A stretch of 64,000 nt of DNA from positions 21,266,001 through 21,330,000 of the forward strand of contig NC_043003.1 in assembly GCF_006345805.1 (NCBI RefSeq), given 5' to 3'. A program made the translations under genes and the position numbers. Positions 1-13,843 of the stretch are shown here, in pieces (position 1 is the first letter of the stretch; the number at the start of each line of letters is the position of its first letter). Origin of the DNA: Octopus sinensis (Eukaryota). The notes beneath the pieces are model-generated. The model searched no databases. It worked only from the letters and a program-made list of their open reading frames with translations, and was not told where the DNA came from.

Positions 1-215
1 GTATGTGACCGTGTGTGTACCGTTGGCGATTTTTTTTTTTCTTCTGTCTTCCCTTCTCTGGATCTTTCCTTCTCCTATGTTTCTGATGAAGATCTCCACT
101 CGAAACGTTAAACCCTCCTTCTTTCCTTCTTTCCTGAGCGTCCAATAATACTACATTTGTTCCACGTCCTCGCGTTGTTGTGTTTTTTTGTGCTTTCTTG
201 TTTGGATTAACTTTA
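1..215 (+). mobile_element. Penelope-like terminal-repeat remnant with hammerhead motif (79-113)
   Basis: GTTT CTGATGA A GATC-TCC-ACTC GAAA CG TT AAAC: catalytic core intact, stem II partly mismatched, palindromic stem III (ACGT). Confidence 0.55.
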
Positions 216-1497
216 TAATATGTATGTATGTATGTATGTATACACACACACAAAGGCATAGGTGTGGCTATGTGGTAAGTCTGCTTTCCAACCACATGGT
301 CCCAGGTTCAGTCCCACTGCATAGCACTTTGGAGCAAGTGTCTTCTACTATAGCTCTGGGCTGACCAAAGCCTTATGAGTGGATCAGGTAGATGGAAACT
401 GAAAGTAGCCTGACATAGCTGTGTATATCTTTCAGTTTCCGTCTACCAAACGCACTCACAAACCTTTGGTCGGCTCAAAGCTATAGTAGAAGACACTTAC
501 CCAAAGTCCCATGCAGTGGGACTGAAGCCCTGGAACCATGTGGCTGGGAACCAAGCCTCTTATCGCACAGCCACATCTGTACCTTTATAAATATATATAT
601 ATATAAATGTATAGTAAATAAACAAATGACATAACATATACTGAGTGTACAACTGGATGGGAGATAAACACAGAAGGTCCCTAATTCTTCATCAGTTATC
701 AACCAATTGGTCATACTCAGTTTTGCACCATACCATTAATGATGAGACTGAGGGCTTCTCATATTGGCGATGTCCACAAAAAATTTTTCTGTGGAGAACT
801 CAGGGCCGAGAGCAAACAAAATAAAGCAAAACTACACAGAGTGTGATTTAGGTGGGTGGACAAGGGCGAACAGACAAACAAAACACAGCCTTAGGACCAA
901 GAAGACAAGAATAGTGGGTAATGCTTAGAAGATATCTTAAAGGGTAGAGAAAGGAGAGACAGAATTTGTGACTGCTCAGCTGTGGGACCAGTGTGAGAAA
1001 GGGAGAAATCTGGCCGAGGGTGATGTGACAGCAACAGGTAGAGGAGAAAGACAGCAAGACAAAGGGAGAGAGAGGGACAGAGAGAAAAAGGAAAGGGATG
1101 AGGGGAGAAAAAAGAGGAAGGAGAAAGGTTAGGAATACAAGAGAGAAATGGAAAAAGAAGAAAGGTTAGACTAGAAGTGAGAGGGTGAGAAAAGGAGAAA
1201 ATGGAAAGACTAGAATAGAAGTGAGAGGGTGAGAGAAAGAAAAGGGAAAAGAATGAAGGCAAGAGAGAGAAAGTCACATAGGTATATAAGAAATTTACTT
1301 GTTAATACAAATTCTGTGTGCATTGCATTTCATTTCTTAGTATATTAATGTTTCACTCAGGCAGAGCAAGGCTAATAGTGAGGTGTAGAACTCAATATTT
1401 GTATTGTCCTGAACACAGTGTTATATGAGTATAGAGTGGTAATAGAAATCAAAGAGATGACACCGGAAAATCCAAATGTTATGTAATAAACTTCATT

Positions 1498-1578
1498 AGC
1501 TTACAGCTGTTTCTGCTATTTGATGTGGCAGACTCTTTGTTGAGTACCAAGAAATCAATCTATAGCTTCATCAGAGCC
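1498..1578 (-). ncRNA. Type I minimal hammerhead ribozyme motif (Penelope-type), best-preserved copy
   Basis: Minus strand: GGCT CTGATGA A GCTAT...(long loop)...ATAGC A GAAA CAGCTG TA AGCT. Core CUGAUGA/GAAA and cleavage triplet GUA intact; stem III palindrome ACAGCTGT. Confidence 0.55.
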
Positions 1579-2030
1579 TTGAATATGAAGTGCATTTTAT
1601 TTGGGAAAACTTACATTTTCAGAACATATGGGTGTTATGAGTGAGAAAGTTTACGTTGATGGATAGGGAAAGTTCTATCCTGCTGTCATCTCTTTGTTTT
1701 CTATATACATACATGCTTTTCTATATACACACATAATGGGTTAACCATGCTATCATTGGTTTCATGTTAAGAGCAATATTTCTTAATAATTATCAAGTCT
1801 GTCACATGGGACTTTGGTGTTCATCTCCATCTTGGATAAAAAAACAAAAAAACTTCAAGATGGAAACGAACATTGATGTTGCATATTACAGGACTGATAA
1901 TTGTTAAGAGATATCTCTCTTAACATAAAACCAATGGTAGCTCGGTTAACACACAGATAAAGAATATTTATCCACCAATGTGTGTTGAGCACTCATTTTC
2001 ATTGTTCGATATTAATGCATATATACATAC

Positions 2031-2061
<31 letters not shown>

Positions 2062-2567
2062 ATAGATCAGGCTGTTGATGAGCCAAAAAAAAAAAATCAG
2101 ACATTAATCTTCATACACATACATACACACACCACATGCACACGAACATGTACATGTAGCATCCAGCCACCTTTTTGCAGATCATAAATCGCTAATGAAA
2201 TTCGAGACATTTCATGTATATGTATATGCACATTCATTGTTAATTGGAAAAAAAAAAAAGAAAAACCTTTTATGCTGCCAGTCGACATATCAGGAGAGAA
2301 ACAGAGAGAGAAACAACTGTATATAACTGCAACAAGAATTCACTCTATATTCTTTGTGTCATCCATTTTTTAAACAATCTTCTTTTATGTAATTTCTTTC
2401 ACTAGCAATTGTTTACATTGAGGTCCTGACCATTAATACCTTCTTCATTATTCTTTTATCATGGGGGGGGGAAAGAACAAAAAAATTGCTTTCATTTTTG
2501 TCGCTGTTGTTGTTGTTATTTTCTCTTTCTATTGTATTCAGTTTATTCAATTTGCCTATTTTTTTAA

Positions 2568-2569
<2 letters not shown>

Positions 2570-2608
<39 letters not shown>

Positions 2609-2672
2609 TATATATGTATATATATGTATGTATGTGTGTGTGTATGTATATATATATATATCTATGTGTGTG

Positions 2673-2713
<41 letters not shown>

Positions 2714-2772
2714 CTATGTGTGTGTATATATATATATGTATGTGTGTGTGTATATATATCTATGTGTGTGTG

Positions 2773-2812
<40 letters not shown>

Positions 2813-2838
2813 TATGTGTGTGTGTGTGTGTATATATA

Positions 2839-2901
<63 letters not shown>

Positions 2902-3015
2902 GTGTGTGTGTGTGTATATATATATGTGTGTGTGTGTATATATATGTGTGTGGGTATATGTATATATATATATATGTGTGTGTGTATATATATTTATATA
3001 TATATATATATATAT
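2570..3015. repeat. Compound (TA)n/(TG)n microsatellite
   Basis: Visible directly; source of several spurious ORFs. Confidence 0.95.
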
Positions 3016-4049
3016 TGGTTTGATCTGTATTATTTATCTTCTGGGGTTTTTTTTTCATTATTTCTCCCTCCATTTTCTTTTCTCCCACCCAAACCAGATA
3101 ACCTACCCTCAATTTTTAGATGAGTGCTTTTTTTTTTTTATAGTTATTTTTATTTATGGTTATTATTTTTTTTTTTTTTCATCTTTTATAATATGCACCA
3201 CAGATGCATGCATTTTGTTCGACCGAAATGATTGTTCATCACTATTTATATACCACAGCCATTTATAAACAAATGCATTCAGTCCTGCTCCCGCCCCCAC
3301 CTCCAATGTCATCAGCATCACCATCATCATCCTCATTATCATCATCATCATCATCACCAATACCACCACCATGGCCAACTTCTCTAATTTATTTTGTCCT
3401 TTCTTCCTCTTCTCTATTCCCTTTAAAAATAGCACAAGCACTTGTTGATGAGGAAATCTGACGTGTTTAAGTATAAATCTTTCATCATATGTCGAGATAA
3501 ATCTTCCATCATATGTCACGGCACATTAAGCTGCTCAACAAAAATTGTTTCCAAAGTTAAAACCTTTATTTAGATCACTGTTTTTTTAGGTTGTTTTTTT
3601 TTATGTTAGCTTCCAGTAATGTTGTTTTATATTTTATTTATATATTCTTTCATTCGTCCATTCATATTTTTTCTTTATTTTATAAATATCAAATGACTAC
3701 GTGGAAATGAATACAAAAAACATATCACCAAAAGGAGAGTGAAGAAAAAATTAGTTAGTGTGGGTTATTAAGTCGATGTCTTAGCTATTCTGGATCATCA
3801 TTTTTAATATCCTAGTCCCCGTTTGATAAATACTAAGCATGCTTTCTTTTGGCTAGTTCTTCAAATTTAACTATAAAAAATTTTTTAAATATAATATAAT
3901 TAAAAACCAAAATGAAAAGGATAAGAGTGTTTAAACTGCCTTTTCAAAACTTTGTTTTAAAACCATTCCTGGGGCTTGTTCTCAAGTAGCTACTTGTTCC
4001 CTCGATCCTCAAAACTGCCGGTTGCACACTCTTTTAGACCAGTTCTCAG

Positions 4050-4655
4050 TTTAAATCTCTTCTCTCTCCTCTCTCTCTCTCTTTCTATTTGTCTCTTTCT
4101 TTCTCCCACCCTCTCTCTCCCTCTGGTTCTCTCCTTCTTTCTCCCACTCTCTCTCCTCTTCTCTCTTTTTCTCCCACCCTCTCTTTCCTCCTCTCCGTCT
4201 CTCTTTTTCTCTCTCTTTCTCCCACTTCTCTCCCCTCTCTCTCTATATCTATCTTCCTATCTCTTTTTTCTCCCACCCTCTCTCTCTATATATGTTTCTA
4301 TCTGTCTCTTTCTTTCTCCCATCCTCTCTCTTTTTTCTCCCACCCTCTCTCTTTCTCCCACTTTCTCTCTCTTCTTTCTCTCCCCTCTCTCTCTCTCTAT
4401 CTATCTTTCTATCTGTCTCTTTCTTTCTCCCACCCTTTCTCTCCCTCTGGTTCTCTCTTTTCTCCCACTTTCTTTTTCCTCCTCTCTGTCTCTTTCCTCT
4501 TCTCTCTCTTTTTCTCCCGCCCTCTCTCTTTCTTTCTCCCACTTTCTCTCTCCTCTCTCTCCCCCCTCTCTCTCTATCTATATTTCTATCTGTCTCCTTT
4601 CTCCCCCCTCTCTTTCTCTCTCCTATCCTCTCTATCTCTTTTTCCCCCTCCTTTC
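4050..4655. repeat. CT-rich low-complexity polypyrimidine tract with internal reiteration
   Basis: Visible directly. Confidence 0.9.
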
Positions 4656-6007
4656 ACAACATTTTGTGAATTCCTTGATTCTGAAGATTGCCTTTCCCTT
4701 CCTGACTCTCCCTCCAAATCCGTTCACCTCCCACTAATCTTCATATTTTCTTCTTCTTTTGCGTTGCATTAAAATCATAATGATATTATCATAAATCTAG
4801 GATTTAGCTTCAAATTCAATATAGGATTAATCCTTTTGATCCAGCCTGCCTAAGACCACCTATGATTCTGTAATAGAAAACTTCTTGCTTTAAAGATGTT
4901 GCAGCTGTGTGGTAAGAAGCTCACTTCCCAACCACATGGTCCCAGTTTCAGTCCCACCGCATGGCACCTTGGGCAAGTGCTTCTACTGTAGCCTTGGGCC
5001 GACCAAAGCCTCATGAGTGGATTTGGTAGATGGAAACTGAAAGCCCATCATATATATATATATGTGTGTGTGTATGTGTGTGAAGGTGCATGGCTCAGTG
5101 GTTAGAGCGTCAAGCTTACAATCGTGTGGTTGTGAGTTGGAATCCCGGACTGGGCTGCATGTTGTGTCTTGAGCACCAGTTCACTCAGCTGTAGAAATGA
5201 GTTGCAATGTTCACTCTCTTGCAAGCCTTTTGACAGAACTGGCAGAACATTGGATAGAAGGCATCATTTATCTATTCTGATTCATCCTCTTGGATGATCT
5301 ACTAGTCTATCATAGACAGCTTTCCAGATTTTTGTACTAATTCCAGACAGCTAGTTTGTGGGATTGAATCACACAGAAGTGGCTGTTGTCAAGGATTTGA
5401 ACTCAATCCCTATGAATTAGTGGACCAGTGTCTTGTCTTTCAGCCACTACACCTCTGTTTCATTTATAAAGCGTGCTTTCTAATTTGCTAGCTTTGGTGA
5501 TCCCACTATTGCTAGTTAAGAGTTCTTTGTAAAACATCTGCCTACTTCAGTACCTTGGTTACCAGTTGTTAATAGCAACTCAGATAACAACCCTTACAGA
5601 TTAATCAATAACATATGCAATTAGTTTAAAGTTCTGATTAAGATAATTGAATTAATCATTGTTTCCCTAATACTGCTCCTAATTGCCTTCACTTCTCATG
5701 ATTTCGTAGACCTACCTACCCAACTCTTTCCTTTTCAAATCCATCTTTTTATTTTTTTTTTTGGAAAACTTCTCAGCTTATGCTTTGTTTTGTTTTGTTT
5801 TGGGGTTTTGTTTTAGTTTTTTTTTTTTTGAGAGAAACATGAACTCGATATCTTTTTGAAGTTCATTATTTTGAAGTCTGATATGTATCTACACGTATAT
5901 GTCTACTTACATCCACACACACACACATTCTTTTTATACATCTATTATTTTATATGTATATACTCATATATTTTTATGAATAATATTTATATATATATAT
6001 ATATATA

Positions 6008-6400
6008 TAAATAAGGCTTTATTTCCACACACGCCAGCTTAATTTAATTTGTCCTCACTCAAAAGACACCTGTTGTTATGTCCTGCTATTATTGTTATTG
6101 TATTTGTGTAACATTGTCTGTTTTTTTCCGTCCTTGTTTTTGTATACATTTGCTGTTTTCTTCCAAGGAATCTAATGCTCTTAGCTTAGTTTTTCCTTGG
6201 GGCTGGCCAGATTGGAGCAATCTCGAGTATAATCAGCTGAAATTGCGAAGATAATCTGGTACTCAACTGAGGAAAGAAAACTTCAAATGACCCGTCCTTG
6301 GTTTTTTTGTATCGTCTATCTGGATGTTTTGTTGTCTCATTTTTGTATTACCTAACTGTTTGGATATTTTGCGTTCTTGTCCCATTTTTTATTTTATATA
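6008..6400 (+). repeat. Dispersed ~390-bp repeat, homologous in opposite orientation to 58375-58700
   Basis: Shared GCCAGCTTAATTTAATTTGTCCT...TTCCAAGGAATCTA...GACCCGTCCTTG...TGTCCCATTTTT; family unassigned, possibly Penelope-like. Confidence 0.6.
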
Positions 6401-7033
6401 TATATGTGTGTGTATATATATATATATATATTATATATATATATATATATACACAGACACAGACATTTTTATACATATATGATTATATATATATGCATAT
6501 GTATACAAATTAGAGAAGAACCACCATGTAGCAATTCAACAATGATATAATTAAATATACAATAAAACATTTACCTAGAACTAAATAAAGTACAAAATAA
6601 TACTATTTATTTATTATTTTGTACTTTATTTAGTTATAGGTATTTTTATTTAGTTCTGGCCGCAGTCAGATAACTGAAACAAGTAAAAGAGAGAATAAAA
6701 GAAAGAACATGTATATATATATATATATTTTGGATCTTTAGAGCCTAGTGTGGATCCTAGCCCTAGCCTTGCCAGCTCCTGTCAAACCATCCAACCTATG
6801 CCAGTATTTGCATCCTGTTCACTTTGAACCACATCAGTGGATGGACCTTGAATAATGTTGCATAAATGGATAACCAGTCAAAAGTAACTGGATGCAAATG
6901 CAATTTGCTAGCTGAACATGCAGCAGAAACATATGTTGGACAATTTTAAACCAGATATGCTGCATAATTGATAAAAAAAATTTTTAAATATGCAGATGTA
7001 CAGATGTACTAACCTTCATATTCATTGCAATTG

Positions 7034-7071
<38 letters not shown>

Positions 7072-7072
7072 G

Positions 7073-7112
<40 letters not shown>

Positions 7113-7635
7113 TAATCTTTACTTGTTTATTACTCCATATTCTAAATTATTACTGACAGACAGAGATACAAGGAGACATGTATAATATATTTAGATATAT
7201 ATATCTGCATGTTCATATATTTGTCTATATGAATTAGTCAATTATATCGAAAGAAATATTGAAGTCTAAAATTTAAAAAAATTTCATTAGAGAAAGAAGA
7301 GTGATGCATATGACCTTTGTTTGCTAGGCTTCCATCTCTGGTCAAGGAAAGGGAGGAAGAAATTATGATTCATGGGTCATCTTTCCACCAGAGAATATGT
7401 TTGAAAGCCTACAATGGTGTAGATATTGCTAAAAGCTCCTTAGGACCAGACAAGGGTGACAAACATCTAACTGATGCTGGTGTGTTTACGTCCCCATAAC
7501 TTAGCAGTTTGGCAACGAGACCGATAGAATAAGTACTAGGCTTACAAAGAATAATTCCTGAGGTCGATTTGCTCGACTAAAGGCGGTGCTCCAGCATGGC
7601 CACAGTCAAATGACTGAAACAAGTAAAAGAGTAAA

Positions 7636-7769
7636 AGATACCTGTCAGCCGCAGAAACACGCAATAAACTGAGGAGTCCGCGATATAAATTTATGTATAT
7701 CAACCAGAAAAATCCGCGATGTACTGAAGGCACAATAAGTGAACCGCAACATGGCGAGTGATTACTGTA
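7636..7769 (-). mobile_element. pogo/Tigger-like MITE end
   Basis: Minus strand TA|CAGTAATCACTCGCCATGTTGCGGTTCAC...ATCGCGGATTTTT, the CAGT...ATCGCGG pattern of Tigger-like MITEs; locally CpG-rich. Confidence 0.5.
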
Positions 7770-10057
7770 ACTTCAATTAAGCATTTGTGCTTTTGAATAC
7801 CTTAATATGTGTCCCCTGCACTGTAATTGTTCCTTGTAAACATTTGCCAGCAACACATTCATCACTCCTCGCAAAGCTTGAGTCAGCTTGAGGTTATGGC
7901 AGAAAACACTTGCCCAAGGTGAAGTGTCATGCTTTGGAATCAAACACACATCTGCATGTTTACATTGCAAACTACTTAACCAGTTCTTAGCTATGCCTGC
8001 GTCCTATAAGTAGTTAAGTTTGTATCTAAGTATAAATCAGTTAAATGTTTATTGACAGCTTAGGTCAAAAACTAATCGTGTATTACTGTAAATTCTTTTA
8101 CCAGAATTTACTGCTATTGCTTCTCATCTTTCATTCTTTCATTCTTTAATTCTTTCTTTCGCTGTCTATTTCTCTTGTTATTCCTTTATTTATTTTCCTT
8201 CGTAATTTTAGCTTTCTGCATAGATTTCTTTTCTTGGATACTTAAGGAAGAAGAAAAGGAAACTATTTTGCAAAAGTAGCAGCAGCAGAAGCAATGGTGG
8301 CGGTGGCAGCAGTGGTTTCTTGTATTTGCCACGGGGGCATCAAACGAAGGGGACATTAAAACAACGGGTTATGATTTGAGTGAAGAAAAAAGATAGTAGA
8401 AGGAAATGACAGGAAAAGAATACTTTGTATACAGAATATATGAATACATGGACGATGCAGTCCTCTTTCTCCTCGTCCTCTTCTTAATAATGATGATGAT
8501 GATTTTTTTTATTTTGTATACATATATTCATGGTTTTGTAATGCAAAAAAACATTTGTTACATTCACTACAAGCTCTTTTATTCTTTTAACTGATTCTAT
8601 TCATGGGGTTGTGGCCATGCTAGGACACCAACTTTAAGTATAAAGCTAATTACATTATCTCCAGTTTTTGACTGATATTTTACTTTATAAAAATCATAAA
8701 GATGACTGACAATGCTGGCCTAGGCAGAGTTTGAACTCAAAGCATAAAATGATGTCACAAGATACATTAGGATATTTTCACATATCTGCTTCATCAACTC
8801 TGTCATTTATTATAGTAATAATAATAATAATAACAACAACAACAAGAGCACTCAGAGAGTGCAAACCTCCACCAAGGCAACACCAATGTCCTCTCAACGA
8901 TTAGCCAGAGATGATTTTTAAAATGAGAATATCTGAAATAAACTGGTCTGCTCTCACAAACGAGAATACTAAACATGAACCCAACCACTCTCAAAAATTA
9001 ATTTTAAAATCCAGAGAAATTATCTAGAATCCTTGTCCGGTACCTGATTAATCCCAATGGTTGTCATGGAATGTGAAGGTGGCTGTAGAAAATTTAGTAA
9101 CAGTAATGAATAGCTTATCCTTATCTAATATAAGCCAAAGTTAACAAATTCACCATTCGTTACATTCTGAGTTCAAATTCCGCTGAGGTTGATCTTGTCT
9201 TTCATTCTTTCAGGGTTGATAAATTAAGTACCAGTCATGTACTGGAGTCGATGTGTTCAATTGTCCCCCTCCTCTCAAAAGTCCAGGTCTTGTGCCTATA
9301 GTACAAAGGAATATTAAGCTGGTGTAAGGTAGTGAGCAGGCAGAATTGTTAGCATGCTGAGTGAAATGCTTATAGGTATTTCATCTGCCGCTACATTCTG
9401 AGTTCAAATTCCGCTGAGGTCGACTTTGCCTTTCATCCTTTCGGGGACGATTAAATAAGTACCAGTTACGCACTGGGGTTGATATAATCAACTTAATCCG
9501 TTTGTCTGTCCTTGTTTGTCCTCTCTGTATTTAGCCCCTTGTGGGTAGTAAAGAAATAGGTATTTCATCTGTCTTTACATTTTGAGTTGATATTCTGCCA
9601 GGGTTGACTTTGCCTTTCATCCTTTCAGGGGTTGATAAATTAAGTACCAGTAGAGCATTGAGATCAATGTAAGGAACTAGTCCCCTTCCCCGAAGTTTCA
9701 GGCCTTGTGCCTATACTAGAAAGAATTATTATAGGGCATGTAAAGCACTGAGCTACCAGAATCATTAGCATGCTGAGCAAAAGACTTAACAACATTTCAT
9801 CCATCTTTACATTCTAAGTTTAAATTCTTCCTAAGTTAACTTCAATTTCATCCTTTTAGGATTGATAAAATAAGCACCAGTTGGACCTTGGGGTCAATGT
9901 AATTGACTAGCCTCCACCCCCAAATTTGCTGGCATTGTGCCAAATTTTGAAGTGATTATTAAGCTGGTGTTTAGAACATAAATCAACATGGAATTTTGAT
10001 AGAAGGTTTTAATTCAGATCACTTCAAAAGTTTGTATCATAGAAATAGGAGAAGCTA

Positions 10058-10277
10058 GGAATCCAGGTAAAAGAGTCACTGGAAAAAAGTCACGGTAATA
10101 AAGTCACAGGGATTTTGTCCTAGAGAGGTTTTGTTTGGATCCCATGAATTAAATGTGGCTTTTTTTCCTGTGACTTTATTACCAGCCATCGTAAATTAAT
10201 TATGACTTTTTTCCTAGCCAAAATTGTAACTTTATTACTGGGACATTTTTTCCTGTGACTTTATTACTGGTCACCAT
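10058..10277. mobile_element. Unclassified foldback-type MITE with AAAGTCAC subterminal repeats
   Basis: Three (A)AAGTCAC-like motifs at 10071-10107, mirrored by GTGACTTT-like motifs between 10170 and 10262. Confidence 0.45.
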
Positions 10278-10777
10278 TTCAGGCTGGTTGGAATCAAAAG
10301 GGTTGAATATCACATGATATTTTGTCCATTCTGTCTTAATTCTGCTATTCACTTTTCTGTATATTTCAATGCTTTTCAAATATTGCAAAAAAAAAAAAAC
10401 ATTGGTTCCTGAGAAGTAAAATCAATAACTTTTTTTTTCATTTCGTGTGGCTGTCAGAAGTAAAAGAGATTAATAATATTTTTATTTTAGTAAGGCAGTC
10501 TTTTTTTTGTGTGTGTGTTTGCGAGGTAGTCAAACAAATCATAACTTCCTTGATGATACTGTGAACTCACAGGTAAAACTCCGAAGAACCAAGAGACTGG
10601 TTTGACCACAATAAAAATATTGGCTGTGTGATAAGAAGCTAGCTTTCCAACCATATAGTTCTGGGTTCAGTCCCACTGAATGGCACCTTGAGCAAGTGTC
10701 TTCTACTATAGCCTCTGCTGACCAAAGCCTTGTGAGTAGATTTGGTAGATAGAAACTGAAAGAAGTCAATCATATAA

Positions 10778-10809
<32 letters not shown>

Positions 10810-11064
10810 CTCTGTGTCAGTGTTTGTCCTCCACCACTACATGACAATTGGTATTGGTGTGTTTACATCCCTGTAACTTAGCAGTTCAGCAAAAGAGGGT
10901 GATAGAATAAATACCAGACTTTCAAAAAAAATAATAAGTACTGTGGTCAAGTCATTAAACTAAAAATTCTTCAAAGCAGTGCTCCGGCATGGTCACGGTC
11001 TAATGACTGAAACAAGTAAAAGATAAAAGATATATATATATATATATATTGAAATTGAACCAAA

Positions 11065-11532
11065 TTCGATGACTGGCACCCGTGCCAGTGGAGCGCTAAC
11101 AGCTCCATCTGAGTGGGATCACTGCAAGAGCAGCTGTCTGGCTTCCATGCTGGTGGCACGTAAAAAGCACCATTTGAATGTGATCATTACCTGCGTTGCC
11201 TTACTGGTACTTGTGCCCGTGGCACGTGAACAAAACATTCGAGCGAGGTCGTTACCAGTGCTGCTGGACTGACTCCTGTGCAGGTGGCACATAAAAAGTA
11301 CTATTTCAGCTTGGCCGTTGCCAGTACCGCCAGACTGGCCCTTGTGCCAGTGGCACATAAAAGCACCCACTACACTCTCAGAATGGTTGGCGTTAGGAAG
11401 GGCATCCAGCTGTAGAAACTCTGCCAGATTAGATTGGAGACTGGTGCAGCCATCTGGTTCAGCAGTCCTCAGTCAAATCATCCAACCCATGCTTGCATGG
11501 AAAGCGGACGTTAAATGATGATGATGATGATA
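11065..11532 (+). mobile_element. SINE-like family D with internal ~65-bp tandem units and (GAT)n tail
   Basis: Four TGGCAC(G/A)T(AAAAAGCAC) units, then GGTTGGCGTTAGGAAGGGCATCCAGC...GGACGTTAAATGATGATG. Relatives at about 17020-17165, 21780-21960, 26880-27070, 31260-31640, 36185-36471, 51935-52085 and 62600-62850. Confidence 0.7.
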
Positions 11533-11907
11533 TATAATGTATGGTGAATTTATGGAAAGAAGTCCCATAAAACTCATCGATTTATTTAAAAATGGAGGAG
11601 AGAAGTTGTTGAAATATATTAGAAGTTTAATTCTTGCAGACGATTGTTTCATACAGAGATATAAAAATAATAATGCAAATTCATGATTGAATTGAATTAA
11701 ATTAAATTAATTAAATATATCAATGTTCTGTTCAGTGTAGGAAGTATGAACAAAAATACATTATATACAAGTATTACCTTTCATATCTTCGCAAATTTAC
11801 GCCTGTAAACTACCAGCAAAGTATGAAGAATCAACAACAGGAATCTATTTTGGAAAACTCCAAAATTAAGGGATGAATCTACATTCAACCTTTTTACACC
11901 TACATTG

Positions 11908-11948
<41 letters not shown>

Positions 11949-11984
11949 CAAAGTGAAGTTGTAAGATACTGCACGAGTGGAAAT

Positions 11985-12380
11985 ATATATGAAAGAAGGT
12001 TTGAAAATGCAATTTTAAAAGGTGTTTATTCACTTGACCAGTTTCACTTTTTTAGAAAAAGATTGTCGAAAGTAAAATGTAAAAGTTTTGTAAAAACTTT
12101 GTTGTGTTAAGTACTGGTTGTCACAAAATATTGCAATACATATATACATTCTTAATATTTTCTCAAGATTTTTCCTTGTAAACTGTTGTAACATTTTTAT
12201 TATTATTATCAAAGAATGTATATATGTATTGTAATATTTTGTGACAACCAGTACTTAACACAACAAAGTTTTTACAAAGCTTTTACATTTTACTTTTGAC
12301 AATCTTTTTCTAAAAAAGTGAAACCGGTCAAGTGAATAAACACCTTTTAAAATTGCATTTTCAAATCTTTTTTCGTATAT
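11985..12380. repeat. Foldback: ~169-bp inverted arms, 58-bp spacer, decayed hammerhead motif in each arm
   Basis: 11985-12153 is the near-perfect reverse complement of 12212-12380. Right arm CTT TTGACAA T CTTTTT CTA AAAAAG T GAAA CCGG TC AAG (12293-12332). Confidence 0.8.
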
Positions 12381-13758
12381 TTATATATATATACACACAC
12401 ACATACATACATACACATTTTATTTTACTTGTTTCAGTCATTTGACTGTAACCATGCTGGAGCACCAGCTTTAGTTGAACAAATTGACCCCAGGACTTAT
12501 TCTTTGTAAGCCTAGTACTTATTCTATCAGTCTCTTTTGCCGAACTGCTCAGTTACGGGGGACATAAACATGCCAACATTCATTGTCAAACAATGGTGAG
12601 GCGACAAATACAAACACAAGACACACACACATAGATATATATACATATATATATATAATATATATATATAATATATATATATATATGACGGGTTTCTCTC
12701 AGTTTCCATCTACCAAATCCACTCACAAGACTTTGTTCGGGCTGAGGTTACAGTAGAAGACACTTGCCCAAGGTGCCACGCAGTGGGACTGAACATGGAA
12801 CCATGTGGTTGGGAAGCAAGCTTCTTACCACACAGCCATATATATATACACACACACATCATCATCACATCATCATATCCACATTTCCATATTCACGTGG
12901 GTCAGACAAAATTTTGGGCAGATTTTCTATGGCTGAATATCCTTCCTGTCACCAACCCTTATCTGTTCCCAAGCAAGTTAATATTTTCCTATAGCCAGGC
13001 AAAAGACAGCACTTGCCGGTTGGTGACATTTGTTTACAACTATCATCCAGTGTCAAAGCTAAAACACAGTAATACACACAAACACACACCCCACTTTTGA
13101 AAGGTGGCACTTAGCTGCAAAAGGTTACGCAAAACTCTCCTAGAATGTTACTTATAACGACTAGTTTTTTTTTTTTTTTGCTTTTTGTTATTGTTGGGGA
13201 TGGGGCAGTACACAAACACATAACGAAGAATTGTCAATACTGAACTATAAGTTGTTTTTTCTGTTAATATTCTTTTTATTAATTATTTGCTAAGTAGTTT
13301 TTAATAACCATTGAAAATATGTGTCAGTTACTTGAAATTGTGGAAATAATATTGTTCTTGTTTCTGAACATACATACACACACACGTGTGTATATATATG
13401 TGTGTGTATATGTGCGTATGTATATATATAAGTGTGTGTATACCATCAAAATCAAGATATATGCCAGTGTTTTATATGTTTAAATGTCAAACTCATTAAC
13501 TAGTCATATGATCATATTTTGTATTTTTGCACACACACACAGACACACAGACACAGACTTGAATACATACATGTATATTAAAGGTTCTGAGACCTTATAC
13601 AGCACCATGTTTTTGCTGTTTTGCCATTCAAACTTTGAAATTGACTGGAATAATCATCACCTTTCATTTATTTAGAATTCTTCACAATAATACTTTGTAT
13701 TTTCATTGCCAACAGAAGCAGCTGTCATAGAAATCATGGCTGCTGCTGCTGCTACCAC

Positions 13759-13789
<31 letters not shown>

Positions 13790-13809
13790 GGTGGTGGTGG
13801 TGGTGGTGG

Positions 13810-13843
<34 letters not shown>

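Noticed and set aside
3204-3461. 85-aa Pro/Ser-rich ORF as a first exon of the gene
   Set aside because: Built on CAT/CAC triplets, ends in a stop, and has no phase-2 donor compatible with exon 25898.
11154-11372. CRISPR-like array of TGGCACRTAAAAAGCAC repeats with ~48-nt spacers
   Set aside because: Eukaryotic context, no cas genes, imperfect repeats, spacers homologous to each other, and the array lies inside a dispersed SINE-like element with a (GAT)n tail.
11545-11690. Short protein-like frame GEFMERSPIKLIDLFKNGGEKLLKYIRSLILADDCFIQRY
   Set aside because: Too short, no recognisable motif, no splice signals; may be the tail of a decayed TE.
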